From Acidobacteriota bacterium (GTDB lineage Bacteria; Acidobacteriota; UBA6911; RPQK01; JAJDTT01), in assembly GCA_965209055.1 (NCBI GenBank), contig OZ242374.1, forward strand, positions 5,184,001 through 5,248,000: a stretch of DNA of 64,000 bases, in the 5' to 3' direction. Position 1 is the first letter of the stretch; each line of letters starts with the position of its first letter. A program made the translations under genes and the position numbers. This document shows, piece by piece, positions 38,812 to 49,412 of the stretch. Under the pieces are notes generated by a model. The model saw nothing but the letters and a program-made list of their open reading frames with translations, was not told the origin of the DNA and searched no databases.

Positions 38812-39115
38812 GACGCCACAACATAGCCGGCCCATAGGATTTTCAGTAACCTTCTGCGGCTCACACGGCGGTGCCACTTCCGCCGCCGAAAAACTCCCGT
38901 AACAGATCAAGATGGCCTTCGCCAGAATTATTTCCGCCTCTCGGGGAAATCCTCCTCCCGCCACTCGATAGAGCAATAGACCAGGTTCTCGGGGAGCTTT
39001 TCGGTTTTGCCCAGGCAGGACGAATTCTAGGAGCCCTCTTCGAGCTTGTAGGGACCCCCCAACTCCGAAGCGGTGGTGCTTTCGTAGGTAGAGTTTCCGG
39101 GATAAGTGCCGCGTT

Positions 39116-39591
39116 GGGGGAATGAACTCCTTGGATGACCGCAACAAGTCTTCAGAAATCTTCGCAGGGGCCTTCCCGCAGGGATCAATTCGACGGGAGC
39201 GACCCCCCCAGGGGGTGTTGCGCAGATGTGAATCGCGCAACACCCCCGCGCCCGCACCGGGCAGCAAAAAGGGGGGGTCGCTCCCGTCCACCTCTATTTT
39301 CCCCGTGCGGCCACCCGGTGGCCGGAAATGGGGCCGTAACTGACTGAAAGAAAAGAAGCTCGGGGAGAGTGCATTTGTGAATCACCGGGACCGCTTTTTG
39401 TGAATCCACCCCCTTTGTCCCATTCACATCCCGGATCGGGCGCGAGACCCTCTTTTCGCACTGCCGAAACGAGCCTCCATTAGCCCTTGCGACTGCCAAA
39501 TGCGTTCAACGTCAATCACGACCTGGAAGGAGCGACTTTCCGCCGCTGGTTGCAACTCGACCGCCCGCTTCAGTGCGGCCGTCACCCCGCC
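39116..39591. repeat. Second copy of the conserved structured block
   Basis: Aligns to 19668-20145. Confidence 0.7.
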
Positions 39592-39803
39592 ACAAGAGAC
39601 GAATCGGGGGCAACCAGGTCTTTTTCGGCGTTACCGATGGTCACGGCGGTTTTACGCCCAACTGTCAAAACATTGGACGCGTAGGATGGCCCCTGTTGAC
39701 CTGAAACAGGCGGACGAAGGGTCTGGCGCCTTTGATTCGGAGGCGTGAGAAGGAACCCTGCGCACAATGGCGGCGCGGCGTATTTCGTGGTAGCGTCCAA
39801 CCC

Positions 39804-39974
39804 ATGATTCTGGCCCTTGCGCTTCTCCTCGCCGTCGTCGCCTGGGTCTGCTACGCCGTCGCCCGCGCCCTGGACGCGAGTCTTGAAGAGGCGGACCGCC
39901 AGGCGGCTGCGGTGTTGGCAAACGATCGTCGAATCGCATTCACGATGTCTCCGAGCATCGGGAATACGAGGTAA
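39804..39974 (+). CDS. Small single-TM hypothetical protein
   Basis: MILALALLLAVVAWVCYAVAR hydrophobic helix; short ORF only. Confidence 0.35.
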   Translation: MILALALLLAVVAWVCYAVARALDASLEEADRQAAAVLANDRRIAFTMSPSIGNTR

Positions 39975-39985
39975 GGGAAAAAAGC

Positions 39986-40148
39986 GTGTCGGCTTTCAGG
40001 AGCAAAATCTACTGCCTGTTTGTCGCCTGTTCAGCACGCCAGACATGGGGAGTCAACCACTTTACCGATTCGGCGAAGAACCCGGTATTCCATTGAAAAC
40101 GTTAATGTTTAGTAGTTATTGACTGAGGGACGGTTGGGATTGGAAATC
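39986..40148. repeat. Conserved right end and right att core of element 2
   Basis: Aligns with 23411-23574; TGCCTGTT repeats at 40013-40031. Confidence 0.85.
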
Positions 40149-40212
40149 GCCCCTCCTCTTGAACCAATTCCGAGAAACCGGGACACCAAGGCAGGCATGC
40201 TATGATTCATGA

Positions 40213-40923
40213 GTGCGGTTTGGTTCCGGGTACCATGTGACGATCGGTCCCACCATGACCCCCATGGTCAAGTACCTGGTCATCGGCTGCGGGCTCGTCT
40301 TTCTCTACCAGTGGGCCGCCGGTCCGAGCCTCTTGCACATCTTCGGGCTGATTCCCATAGCGGTCCTGGCAAATCTCTACATCTGGCAACTGGGAACGTA
40401 CCTCTTTCTCCACGCCGACTTCTGGCACCTGTTCTGGAACATGTTCACGCTCTGGATGTTCGGGCGCGAGTTGGAACGGTACTGGGGCAGCCGGCAGTTC
40501 CTGCGCTTCTTCCTGATCACCGGAATCGGAGCGGGCCTGCTGTCGGTCGTGGCGGACCCGTGGGGAACGGTCCCCACCATCGGAGCCAGCGGGGCGGTCT
40601 ACGGGATCCTGATGGCCTACGGCATGATGTTTCCCAATCGCCGGATCTATCTCTACTTCCTTTTGCCGGTCAAGGTGAAGTACTTCGTGGCCGGCATAGG
40701 ACTCATCGCCTTCCTGTCGGCCCTCGGTTCGCCTGGAAGCACCATCGCCCACGTCGCCCACCTGGGCGGCATGATCTTCGCCTTTCTCTACCTGAAGCGC
40801 TGGCTCTCGCTCGGCGCCGTGCGCCAGGCGTACCATCGGTGGCGGCTGAAGCGCATACGCAGCCGATTCCGGGTGATGGACGAGGAGAGGCGGAACCGGA
40901 AAGACGATTACTGGATCCAGTGA
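40213..40923 (+). CDS. Rhomboid family intramembrane serine protease
   Basis: HLFWNM, GASGA and AHLGG. Confidence 0.92.
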   Translation: MRFGSGYHVTIGPTMTPMVKYLVIGCGLVFLYQWAAGPSLLHIFGLIPIAVLANLYIWQLGTYLFLHADFWHLFWNMFTLWMFGRELERYWGSRQFLRFFLITGIGAGLLSVVADPWGTVPTIGASGAVYGILMAYGMMFPNRRIYLYFLLPVKVKYFVAGIGLIAFLSALGSPGSTIAHVAHLGGMIFAFLYLKRWLSLGAVRQAYHRWRLKRIRSRFRVMDEERRNRKDDYWIQ

Positions 40924-40966
40924 CGAAGTGCGCCGCGAGTCCTGTTTTCATCCCTCCCACGCCGGA

Positions 40967-42085
40967 TTACGGCGCAGGGGACACTTCGTGGATCCCCCCG
41001 GATCGCGCCGCCAGGAAACCGCCGCCGAAGCCGTTGTGGACGGCCAGGATCTCCGCCAGGATGCTGACGGCGATCTGCTCCGGGCCCTCGGCTCCGATGT
41101 CCAGCCCCACCGGGTTGTGAATCCGATCCAAGGCATCCCGACGGGGGCGAAAACCCTCGTCGGCCAGCTCGTCCATGAGCTTCTGGAACCGCGGTCGAGG
41201 TCCCAACACACCCACGTAGAGAGCCCCGCTCTCCAAGGCGTAGCGGATCCCGGCGCCGTCCCGGTCCAACTGGTGGTTCATGATCAGGGCGTAGCTGCCG
41301 GCGGACATCGCCACCTTCTCCGGGAATTCCGTGGGATGGGAGATGGTGGTCCGCGCGCCCGGGAAGCGCTCCGGCCGGTTCAATGAGGGCCGGGGATCGA
41401 CGACGTTCACGGAAAAACCCAGACTCAGCGCCAACCGGACCACCGGTACCGCGTCCATGCCGGCCCCGAAGACGACCAGCTCCAAGGGGGGGCGATTGAC
41501 GTCCAGAAAGACATGGAAATCCCCGGAGGTGTAGATCCGGGACTGCGGAAGAGGCCGGCCCAGCATCTCGAGGGCCGCCGGAATCACTTCCTGGCCCAAC
41601 GCATCCCGGGCCAGGGGACCGGCCGCCGACTCGGCGGGAGCCACAAAAAGCCAACGCCCCAGGGCCTCGGATTCCGGTTCGGGCGCGCAAATGACGGCCC
41701 GTACGGCCCTTTCACCGTTCCTCAGGGCGCTCAGCCAACGTTTCCAGACCGGATCCCGTCCGATGGGTTCCAACAGGACCCGGACCACTCCCCCGCAACC
41801 CAAACGCAATCCCCAGATGGCGTCCTCGGTGAGGTCGAACACCTCCGTCGCGGCTTGTCCCGTTTTGAAGACCCGGCTGGCCGCCCGGGCGACTTCCGGT
41901 TCGAGGCACCCTCCCGAGATCATGCCCCGGAAGTCGCCGTCGGAGCCGATGACGAGCTTGGCCCCCTGCCGGCGGTACGCCGAACCGGTGATCTCGATGA
42001 CGGTCGCCAGGACGGCGCCGCGGCCGCTTTCCAGGATTTCGTCGATGGCTCCGGCCAGTTCGGCAGACTCTCTCACGATGGGCAC
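40967..42085 (-). CDS. xdhC: XdhC/CoxF-CoxI family Moco chaperone
   Basis: GSAYRRQGAK, ISGGCLE, LGCGG, YVGVLG and PVGLDIGAEGPEQIAVSI. Confidence 0.9.
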   Translation of the reverse strand: MPIVRESAELAGAIDEILESGRGAVLATVIEITGSAYRRQGAKLVIGSDGDFRGMISGGCLEPEVARAASRVFKTGQAATEVFDLTEDAIWGLRLGCGGVVRVLLEPIGRDPVWKRWLSALRNGERAVRAVICAPEPESEALGRWLFVAPAESAAGPLARDALGQEVIPAALEMLGRPLPQSRIYTSGDFHVFLDVNRPPLELVVFGAGMDAVPVVRLALSLGFSVNVVDPRPSLNRPERFPGARTTISHPTEFPEKVAMSAGSYALIMNHQLDRDGAGIRYALESGALYVGVLGPRPRFQKLMDELADEGFRPRRDALDRIHNPVGLDIGAEGPEQIAVSILAEILAVHNGFGGGFLAARSGGIHEVSPAP

Positions 42086-42105
42086 AGTCTACCGGAGAGA
42101 CGTTC

Positions 42106-42259
42106 GTAGGGGCACCCCTGGTGTGGGTGCCTCTTCGTCCCTCTTCATGGGGAGCGGCGGTTTCCTAACCGTCGAACTGGAGCGGCGATTTCCAATCGCC
42201 GAACTCCTGACTAACAAACTTGGCGACGAAGACTGGGCGATTGGAAATCGCCCCTCCTT
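42106..42259. repeat. REP cluster: one GTAG REP plus three GGAG REPs
   Basis: GTAGGGGCACCC..GGGTGCC; GGAGCGGCGGTTTCCTAACCGTCG; GGAGCGGCGATTTCCAATCGCCG; inverted GGGCGATTGGAAATCGCCCCTCC. Confidence 0.85.
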
Positions 42260-43409
42260 AGAGCCCGGCGGCTTGTCGCAGGGCGTCGGCCCGGTCGGTC
42301 CGTTCCCATGCAAAGCCCTCTTCCTCCCGGCCGAAGTGCCCGAAGGCGGCCGTCCGCCGGAAGATGGGACGCCTGAGCTGCAGGGTCTCGATGATGTCCC
42401 TGGGGGTCAGACGGAAGTGCTCCTGAACCAGATTTCCGATGGTCTCCTCGGCCACGGCTTCTGTCCCTTCCGCGTCCACGGTGACGGAGACCGGTTCGGC
42501 CACGCCGATGGCATAGGCCAGTTGGACCTTCAAGCGTTGGGCAAGTCCCGCGGCGACACAATTCTTGGCGATGTAACGGGCCATGTAGGAGGCGGAACGG
42601 TCGACCTTGGACGGGTCCTTCCCCGAGAAAGCGCCCCCTCCGTGCCCTCCCATGCCACCGTAGGTGTCGACGATGATCTTCCGGCCCGTCACCCCGCAGT
42701 CACCCTGAGGGCCGCCCGTCACGAACCGTCCCGTCGGATTGATGTGGATGGTCGTGCCGCCGTCCATGAGTCCGGCAGGAACAACTGCGCGAATGACCTG
42801 TTCCCGTATGCCGTCGCACAGATCCCCGTAGGAGACGTCGGGGCTGTGCTGCGTCGAGACCACGACGGTGTCGACACGGACCGGTTCCGTCCCGTCGTAT
42901 TCCACCGTCACCTGCGACTTTCCGTCGGGACGCAGCCAGTCGAGCGTTCCCTGACGCCGGGACTCGGACAGACGGCGGGTGAGGGCGTGGGCCAGCATGA
43001 TGGGCAGCGGCATCAACTGAGGGGTCTCGGTGCAGGCGTAGCCGAACATCAGACCCTGGTCGCCGGCTCCCCCGGTGTCCACTCCCAGGGCGATATCGGG
43101 CGACTGCCGGTCCACGGAGCAGATCACACCGCAGGTCTCGCAGTCGAACCCGTACTTGGCGCGCGTATATCCCACGTCCCGGATGACTTCCCGAGCGATC
43201 TTGGGATAGTCCAGAGTGCACGTGGTCGTGATCTCCCCGGCGATGACCACCAGGCCGGTCGTCACCAGGGTCTCGCAGGCCACGCGTCCCTGAGGGTCTT
43301 CCGTCAGGACCGCGTCGAGAACGCCATCGGAAATCTGGTCCGCGATCTTGTCCGGATGCCCTTCGGTGACCGATTCCGAGCTAAACAGGTGTCGACTCTT
43401 TGGCGCCAT
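42258..43409 (-). CDS. metK: S-adenosylmethionine synthetase
   Basis: [17 protein letters not shown] and GGGAFSGKD. Confidence 0.98.
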   Translation of the reverse strand: MAPKSRHLFSSESVTEGHPDKIADQISDGVLDAVLTEDPQGRVACETLVTTGLVVIAGEITTTCTLDYPKIAREVIRDVGYTRAKYGFDCETCGVICSVDRQSPDIALGVDTGGAGDQGLMFGYACTETPQLMPLPIMLAHALTRRLSESRRQGTLDWLRPDGKSQVTVEYDGTEPVRVDTVVVSTQHSPDVSYGDLCDGIREQVIRAVVPAGLMDGGTTIHINPTGRFVTGGPQGDCGVTGRKIIVDTYGGMGGHGGGAFSGKDPSKVDRSASYMARYIAKNCVAAGLAQRLKVQLAYAIGVAEPVSVTVDAEGTEAVAEETIGNLVQEHFRLTPRDIIETLQLRRPIFRRTAAFGHFGREEEGFAWERTDRADALRQAAGL

Positions 43410-43551
43410 GCACTCGTCCTTTGTTTTGGGAATTTCTCAGGTGACCGCCGGAGATGGCAATAACTAGCACAGGGGCCCGCAGAGTGTCAACGCGGACGGA
43501 GCGCCGGGTCAGCCCGCCAGACTCGCGGGAAGGAAGGATACAAATCGCTCT

Positions 43552-45054
43552 CTAGGCGATGATTGTGTCGAGAACCTTTCCACCGATATCGGTGAGCCTT
43601 CTGAAGCGGCCGTCGTGGAGGTAGGTCAGCCGTTCGTCATGAAGACCGAGGAGATTCAAGATGGTCGCGTGGACGTCGCGCATGTGAATGGGCTGGCCGA
43701 TTTGGCCGATGCCGAAATCATCCGTCTCGCCGACTCGTGAACCGCCCTTGACGTCTCCGCCGGCCAGCCACATGCACAGTCCATACTGATTATGGTCCCG
43801 GCCGGGCTTGTCGCCGTACAGATCGTTGATGAATGAAGTGCGCCCCATTTCAGACGCCCAGACGACAAGCGTCTCTTCCTGCAGTCCCTCCCTCTTCAGG
43901 TCCTTGAGCAGCGCAGCGACGGGTTGATCCACCTCGATGCAGTGCCGTGGAAGCCGGCCCTTGATATTGCCGTGGTCGTCCCAACTGCTCTTGCCGTTCT
44001 CGACTCCGTGAACCACGAGACTGTAGCGGACTCCCTTTTGCACCAGGCGCTTGGCCAGCAGGCATTGACGTCCGAATGCCTCCGTAAGCGGATTGTCAAG
44101 GCCGTACATCTTCTTGGTGACTTCCGATTCCTTGGACAGATCCACAACTTCCGGGGCTTCGGCCTGCATGCGGAAAGCCAGTTCATAGGCGTTGATGCGG
44201 GCCTCCAGCTCCGCGGCGGCCGGCCGACCGGCCTGATGCCGGCGGTTGAGCCACGTCAACAGGTCGAACTCTTCACGCTGCTGTTTTCGACTGATCCTTA
44301 CCGGCGGTTTCAGGTCGAGAATGGGTGTGCCGACGGAGCGAAAGAGGGTCCCTTGATATGAAGCGGGCAAGTATCCGCTTCCGCGCACGGCCGCGCCGTT
44401 GATGGGAGCTCCCCTCGGGTCCTGAATGACGACGTAGCCGGGAAGATTCCGGTTGGAGCTCCCCAACCCGTAGGTGATCCAGGCACCGACTGAAGGGTCG
44501 CCCGGAAACTGCGAGCCGGTGTTCACGTGGAGCGTGGCCGGTCCGTGATTGTTGTTATCCACCTCGATGCCGAAAATGAATGCCAGGTCGTCGACACATT
44601 CGCTGAGGTGCGGAAACAGGGTGGAAATATGGTGTCCCGACTTACCGGCCCTCTTGAATTCCCAGGGGCTGGGAATGACCTGGTGGGGCGTATTCAGAAA
44701 TCCGTCGATTTCACCGCTGAAGCCGGTCATTTTGGGAACCCGCCGTCCCGCGTATTCCTTCAGTGCCGGCTTGTAGTCGAAGGTGTCCATCTGGCTCACG
44801 CCTCCGGACATGAAAAGGAAAATGCAGTGCTTTGCCTTGCGGGGAAAGTGCGGCGCACGGGCGGCGAGCGGACTTTGCAGCGTCGGTGACGCACCCAACC
44901 GCTCGGCGAGAATCCCGGCCAGGGCGAGGGCTCCGATCCCGTTATAGGAACGGGACAGGAATTCCCGGCGAGAGTGGGCATTGGGACCGAAACCGGAACA
45001 CTGTCCACCCCATTGATTCGCGGAAAACTGCGGAACTTCTGCTCTTTTCTTCAC
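43552..45054 (-). CDS. DUF1501 domain protein (Tat signal)
   Basis: SRREFL, FLFMSGGVSQMDTFDYKP, YELAFRMQ, WDDH and GRDHN. Confidence 0.88.
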   Translation of the reverse strand: MKKRAEVPQFSANQWGGQCSGFGPNAHSRREFLSRSYNGIGALALAGILAERLGASPTLQSPLAARAPHFPRKAKHCIFLFMSGGVSQMDTFDYKPALKEYAGRRVPKMTGFSGEIDGFLNTPHQVIPSPWEFKRAGKSGHHISTLFPHLSECVDDLAFIFGIEVDNNNHGPATLHVNTGSQFPGDPSVGAWITYGLGSSNRNLPGYVVIQDPRGAPINGAAVRGSGYLPASYQGTLFRSVGTPILDLKPPVRISRKQQREEFDLLTWLNRRHQAGRPAAAELEARINAYELAFRMQAEAPEVVDLSKESEVTKKMYGLDNPLTEAFGRQCLLAKRLVQKGVRYSLVVHGVENGKSSWDDHGNIKGRLPRHCIEVDQPVAALLKDLKREGLQEETLVVWASEMGRTSFINDLYGDKPGRDHNQYGLCMWLAGGDVKGGSRVGETDDFGIGQIGQPIHMRDVHATILNLLGLHDERLTYLHDGRFRRLTDIGGKVLDTIIA

Positions 45055-45063
45055 GACGTACTC

Positions 45064-47616
45064 CTAGTCGACATAGAGTAACTCGTTACTGTTCAAGAGA
45101 ACCCGGCACAGGGCCACCAAGGCCTCCCGGCCGGATTCCCGGGTGCTGACGAACGTTTGAGCCTCGTTGAGTTCATCCGGGTCCGGATTGCGTCCGAACG
45201 CCAGTTGAAACGCTCTCCGGACATGTCCGCCGTTTTCAGCGCTGCTCTCTCTGGCAATTCGTTCGGCGATGGCTTCGGCTTCCGTATTCACGAAACCACT
45301 ATCGTACATGGTCAGAGCCTGCAACGGGGTGACCGACGTTTCCCGGCGTTCGCACGGAAGCGTCAGGGGAGGCGAGTCGAAAACTTCCAGGAAAGGCAGC
45401 GGCTGTGAGCGTCGCTGGTAAACGTAAACGCTCCGTTTCCATGCATCAGCCCCGTGGGATGTGTCCCAGCGGGCCGCCCCGCGGGTTTCGGCCGAAAGCT
45501 GCTGGGCCAACCCGTCCGGCAGCGGCGGAAAGACGGGCGGGCCGCCTCTTTCTCCATTCAGGTGTCCGCTCACCTCCAATATCGTGTCTCGAAGGACTTC
45601 GGCTTCCAGGCGGCGTCGGTCAAAACGCCATAGCAACCTGTTTTCGGGATCGATTTCTTCAGCCATCAGGTTACCCCGCAAGGATGACTGACGGAAGGTG
45701 CTCGAAGTCAGGATCAACCTTTGGATGGCCTTGATGCTCCATTTTTCCTCGACGAAACGAAGGGCCAGCCAATCCAGCAACTCGGGATGAGTCGGAAGCT
45801 TGCCGTTCATCCCAAAGTTGCTTGCCGTTTCCACTATGCCGCGGCCGAAGTTGAACTGCCAGAGACGGTTGACCATGACGCGCGCCGTCAGCGGATTCTC
45901 CGAACTGGCGATCCAGCTCGCCAGAGCCATGCGGCGGCCCCGGCTCGGATGTTTCTTGTAACGGTCGATTTCAATGGTTGCGGGTTCGGAGTGACCCGTG
46001 ACGGCACTGGGAAATCCCGGCTCGACCGGTTCTCCCGGTTGGTCATGCTGTCCCCGGTTGAGGACGTAGATGGTGGGAACGCTGGGTGCGTACGGGGGGC
46101 CGTCGAAGTTGGTCAGGGACATGGCCATCGGCTCAAGCCGCTCGACAGCCCTTTCGAGAGCCAGGATATCGGAGGTGTACCGATTGAACTGTTCCTTCTC
46201 TGCCGGCGAGAACAACTCCTCCCGCTTCTCGAACCCAACCGTATTGTCCGCTTCGTTGTTGATGGCTTTCTTCAGGTCGCGGAGCGTCACCACGGGCTCC
46301 CGGCCCGGCTGGTCTTCCAGTTTCGAAGATTCACGGAGCTTGACGGCTTTCAGCCGTTCCATGAGGGGCTGATTGAAGCTTTCCGATTGCGCCTTCAAAT
46401 CCTTCAGCCGGTTTTCGTGCTGAGCCCGGCGCGCGTCGAATCGCGCCTTGTCTCCGGGGCGGTAAAACTCGGCGGGAAGCGGTCCGCCGACCTCGATCTT
46501 GGCCCTCGGAATCCTGACCGCCGCGAAGAAGGCCTTCATCCGGTAGAAGTCCCGGGCCGGGATCGGGTCGTACTTGTGGTCGTGACATTTGGCGCAACCC
46601 ATGGTCAGACCCAGGAAGACGGTGCTGACGGTGGTCGCCATTTCGCTCAGCAACAGGTCGCGGGATTCCTCTCCGCGCGGCTCCGTAAAAGGGGCCAGTC
46701 GAAGAAAGGTCAGTGCGACCGCCTGCTCCGGTTCTGCCGGCGGCGGATAACCCGCCGCGGAAGTGACTTTGAAGAACTCGTCGCCCGCGATCTGTTCCTT
46801 GACGAACCGGTCGTAAGGTTTGTCATGGTTGAAAGCGTCGATAACGTAGTCCCGGTAACGCCAGGCATGCGGAAAATCCCGATCCCCTTCGTAGCCGTTG
46901 GTGTCCGCATAGCGAGCCAGGTCCAGCCAGTGACGGGCCCAGCGTTCGCCGTAGCGCGGATCGGCCAGCAGACGGTCGACCAGATCCTCGTAGGCGGTGG
47001 GAGAGGGATCAGCGACAAACTTTTCGACCTCTTCGTACGGCGGCGGCAGTCCGATCAGGTTGAAATAGAGCCGGCGAATGAGAACACTGCGTTGAGCCTC
47101 GGGTGAGGGAGACAACTCCTTGTTCTCGAGCCTGCTGAGAATGAAGTGGTCGATCTCGTTCCTCGCCCAGTCTCTCGCCTGGACGGCCGGGATCGTGGGT
47201 CGGACGGGCTTCTTGAAGGCCCAGAAATCGCGCCCGGGACCGGCTTCACTGTCCGGCTTCAATTCCCGGATCCAGGCTTCAATCGCGGCAATATCGCTCT
47301 CGGGCAGCGACACCGACGAGTCGAAGGGCATCCGCGGTGTCAGTCGGCCCCGCAGGAGGTGGACGAGCGGGCTATCCTCGGGCCGGCCCGGTTCGACGGC
47401 GGCTCCATGCCGGGCGCCTCCCTGCAGAATCGACTCCAGGCTCTCGATGGAGAAGCCACTCATTCTGGTCGATTCGTCATGGCAGGAAAGACACTTGGAC
47501 GCCAGGATGTCCCGAACTGCTTCGGGCGGTTCGTCACCGGGAGGTGACGCGCCCAAGAGGACGCCAAGCCCCATCAGAAAGGCCAGGTTTGCTGCGAGCA
47601 CCCTGAAAAGGCTCAA
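45064..47616 (-). CDS. Planctomycete cytochrome c / DUF1549 / DUF1553 (PSD1) protein
   Basis: CLSCH, YGERWARHWLDLARYAD, CAKCHDHKYDP and PTHPELLDWLA. Confidence 0.9.
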   Translation of the reverse strand: MSLFRVLAANLAFLMGLGVLLGASPPGDEPPEAVRDILASKCLSCHDESTRMSGFSIESLESILQGGARHGAAVEPGRPEDSPLVHLLRGRLTPRMPFDSSVSLPESDIAAIEAWIRELKPDSEAGPGRDFWAFKKPVRPTIPAVQARDWARNEIDHFILSRLENKELSPSPEAQRSVLIRRLYFNLIGLPPPYEEVEKFVADPSPTAYEDLVDRLLADPRYGERWARHWLDLARYADTNGYEGDRDFPHAWRYRDYVIDAFNHDKPYDRFVKEQIAGDEFFKVTSAAGYPPPAEPEQAVALTFLRLAPFTEPRGEESRDLLLSEMATTVSTVFLGLTMGCAKCHDHKYDPIPARDFYRMKAFFAAVRIPRAKIEVGGPLPAEFYRPGDKARFDARRAQHENRLKDLKAQSESFNQPLMERLKAVKLRESSKLEDQPGREPVVTLRDLKKAINNEADNTVGFEKREELFSPAEKEQFNRYTSDILALERAVERLEPMAMSLTNFDGPPYAPSVPTIYVLNRGQHDQPGEPVEPGFPSAVTGHSEPATIEIDRYKKHPSRGRRMALASWIASSENPLTARVMVNRLWQFNFGRGIVETASNFGMNGKLPTHPELLDWLALRFVEEKWSIKAIQRLILTSSTFRQSSLRGNLMAEEIDPENRLLWRFDRRRLEAEVLRDTILEVSGHLNGERGGPPVFPPLPDGLAQQLSAETRGAARWDTSHGADAWKRSVYVYQRRSQPLPFLEVFDSPPLTLPCERRETSVTPLQALTMYDSGFVNTEAEAIAERIARESSAENGGHVRRAFQLAFGRNPDPDELNEAQTFVSTRESGREALVALCRVLLNSNELLYVD

Positions 47617-47881
47617 CTCAATCCACTCTCTGGAGTATTGGCCGCCACGGTACGGTAATTTCGCCTAAAGTACAGTCGATACAGAGGTTATGTCAAGCCG
47701 CACGGGCATCATGGAAGTGGGCTCTGGCTCGCGGCCCACCCCCCGGCCGCTCACTTGACTCCCTGCTGCGTGATCGTACCCCACTACCGGGACTATAATT
47801 TGCCGCAGACCCATCATCCACAAGGCTGCATTCCGGACTGGAAACGGTCTTACGGAGTTCCATTCATGAGGAGCCAAGACA

Positions 47882-49378
47882 ATGCTGAGACGCAAATTCA
47901 TCGAACTCGGGGTCGGGTCGGGACTGGCGGGCGCTGCCGCAACCGGGCGAGTCTCCCTGGGGAGTCCCAAAACCGCGAGAGGCCGGAAAGTCGAATCTCC
48001 GCCGATTCTGAGTTCCTACACCTCTGAGGATCATCGGCGGCGACTGCAGAACATCGCACGCTGCGAGGCGGCAATCCCGAAATACGCTCGAAGGCACCTC
48101 ATCACCGACTACATTCCGGGTCAGGCGGTCTACAACCTGGGCGAATACCCCTGCCGAAAACCGTGGGATCCGGACGAGTATGACGAACGTCAATTGGACG
48201 AGCTGTGGAACAACGGGATTCGGCTCGTCCAGGTCATGGAGGATTGGAACGATCTGCTCAGGCTCTTCGGCGGCGACAAATACACCTCCGTCAATCCGGC
48301 CGGTCTCAGGCGATTCATCGACATGGTTCACCAGAGGGGCATGAAAATCCTCCTCTACACTTCGACGGGCCACTTCCAGATCACAGACCCTGAATACAAT
48401 CCTGAGTGGGCTCGGCCCGGATTCTCGACCAAGGCGGCTCACTGGCAGTTGATGCATTGCTCCGCGGCCAGCGCCGGCTGGCGGGCCTACGTTCTCCCCC
48501 GGACTCTGGGGCTCATGGACGAGTATGAGATCGACGGCCTTTACAACGACGCCGGTTCCAGGCGACTGCACCGGGATCCGGAACTCGCCACCAGCGATGA
48601 GGTGCTGGCCTTCGAGGAAAGCCCGGAAGTTGACGGAGCCTTGGGCGACATGCTCTCCCTGATCTACTCCGAGGTCAAACGGCGAGGCGGCATCTACAAG
48701 ATTCATCTGCATGATTCCCAGCACCCGAGCACGTCGGAACAACTCTGGGACTATCTGTGGGTGGGAGAGGGCCTATCGAATGCGGACCGGCTGCGGGAGG
48801 AAACCAAGAGGCATGATCCTTACCTGGTCCCTATTTTCGACTGGCGCGATGGAAAACTGGAAAGCGACGAGGAGATGTTCCTGCACACCGTTCCTTTTAT
48901 GCAGTTTCCGGGGCTTCTGGCGGGCCGGCCCTTCACGGGCGAGAGGTCTGTCATTCCGGGCGTCGACTACCAGCCGCACCGCCTGCTTGACAATTGGCGG
49001 GAGAGATGGCGCTTCCACCAGGCAAACCCCGACGGGCCTTACAGTTACGGTCCCTGGGACGCCTTTCCCGGCAGACCCAGCATCCGAACTTCCCACGCGC
49101 AGTGGCTCAAGTGGTATTACCCTCTGGTCGAACCGGGCACATACGCCTACCTGGAGATCGAGAACAGCCCATTGCTGGCCAAGCGGCCGGCCAGTGACTT
49201 TGTGGCGTCCGTGTTCGTGAATCTCGACACCCACCTGGTGCTGGCGAACTACGCAAGAACGTCGGCGCAAGTTGAAACGGCCGATTCCTATCTGTCCGTT
49301 GCCGACGATTCGGCCCCGCCCGGGAAGAGGTTCGTGCTGCCGCCGCGCTCCCTGATCATACTTCGACAAGCGGCGTGA
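47882..49378 (+). CDS. Tat-exported hypothetical protein, glycoside-hydrolase-like TIM barrel
   Basis: RRKFIELG; LRRFIDMVHQRGMKILLY and IDGLYND. Confidence 0.65.
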   Translation: MLRRKFIELGVGSGLAGAAATGRVSLGSPKTARGRKVESPPILSSYTSEDHRRRLQNIARCEAAIPKYARRHLITDYIPGQAVYNLGEYPCRKPWDPDEYDERQLDELWNNGIRLVQVMEDWNDLLRLFGGDKYTSVNPAGLRRFIDMVHQRGMKILLYTSTGHFQITDPEYNPEWARPGFSTKAAHWQLMHCSAASAGWRAYVLPRTLGLMDEYEIDGLYNDAGSRRLHRDPELATSDEVLAFEESPEVDGALGDMLSLIYSEVKRRGGIYKIHLHDSQHPSTSEQLWDYLWVGEGLSNADRLREETKRHDPYLVPIFDWRDGKLESDEEMFLHTVPFMQFPGLLAGRPFTGERSVIPGVDYQPHRLLDNWRERWRFHQANPDGPYSYGPWDAFPGRPSIRTSHAQWLKWYYPLVEPGTYAYLEIENSPLLAKRPASDFVASVFVNLDTHLVLANYARTSAQVETADSYLSVADDSAPPGKRFVLPPRSLIILRQAA

Positions 49379-49390
49379 CTAATCCCGCTT

Positions 49391-49410
49391 CGGGGCCGGG
49401 CATTGCCCCG
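49391..49410. terminator. Hairpin between convergent genes
   Basis: CGGGGC..GCCCCG inverted repeat; no clear U-tract. Confidence 0.35.
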
Positions 49411-49412
49411 CC

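Larger units (their letters stand above)
32603..40148. mobile_element. Integrative element 2 (tyrosine integrase, ~7.5 kb) inserted in a REP palindrome
   Basis: 11-bp direct repeat GATTGGAAATC at 32592-32602 and 40138-40148; removing the element restores GCGATTGGAAATCGCCCCTCC. Confidence 0.88.

Noticed and set aside
38860-39115. Possible decayed HTH gene next to the conserved block
   Set aside because: Multiple stops and no convincing motif by eye.
42151-42259. CRISPR array
   Set aside because: Units are palindromic, partly inverted and dispersed, with no unique equal-length spacers and no cas genes; they are REPs.
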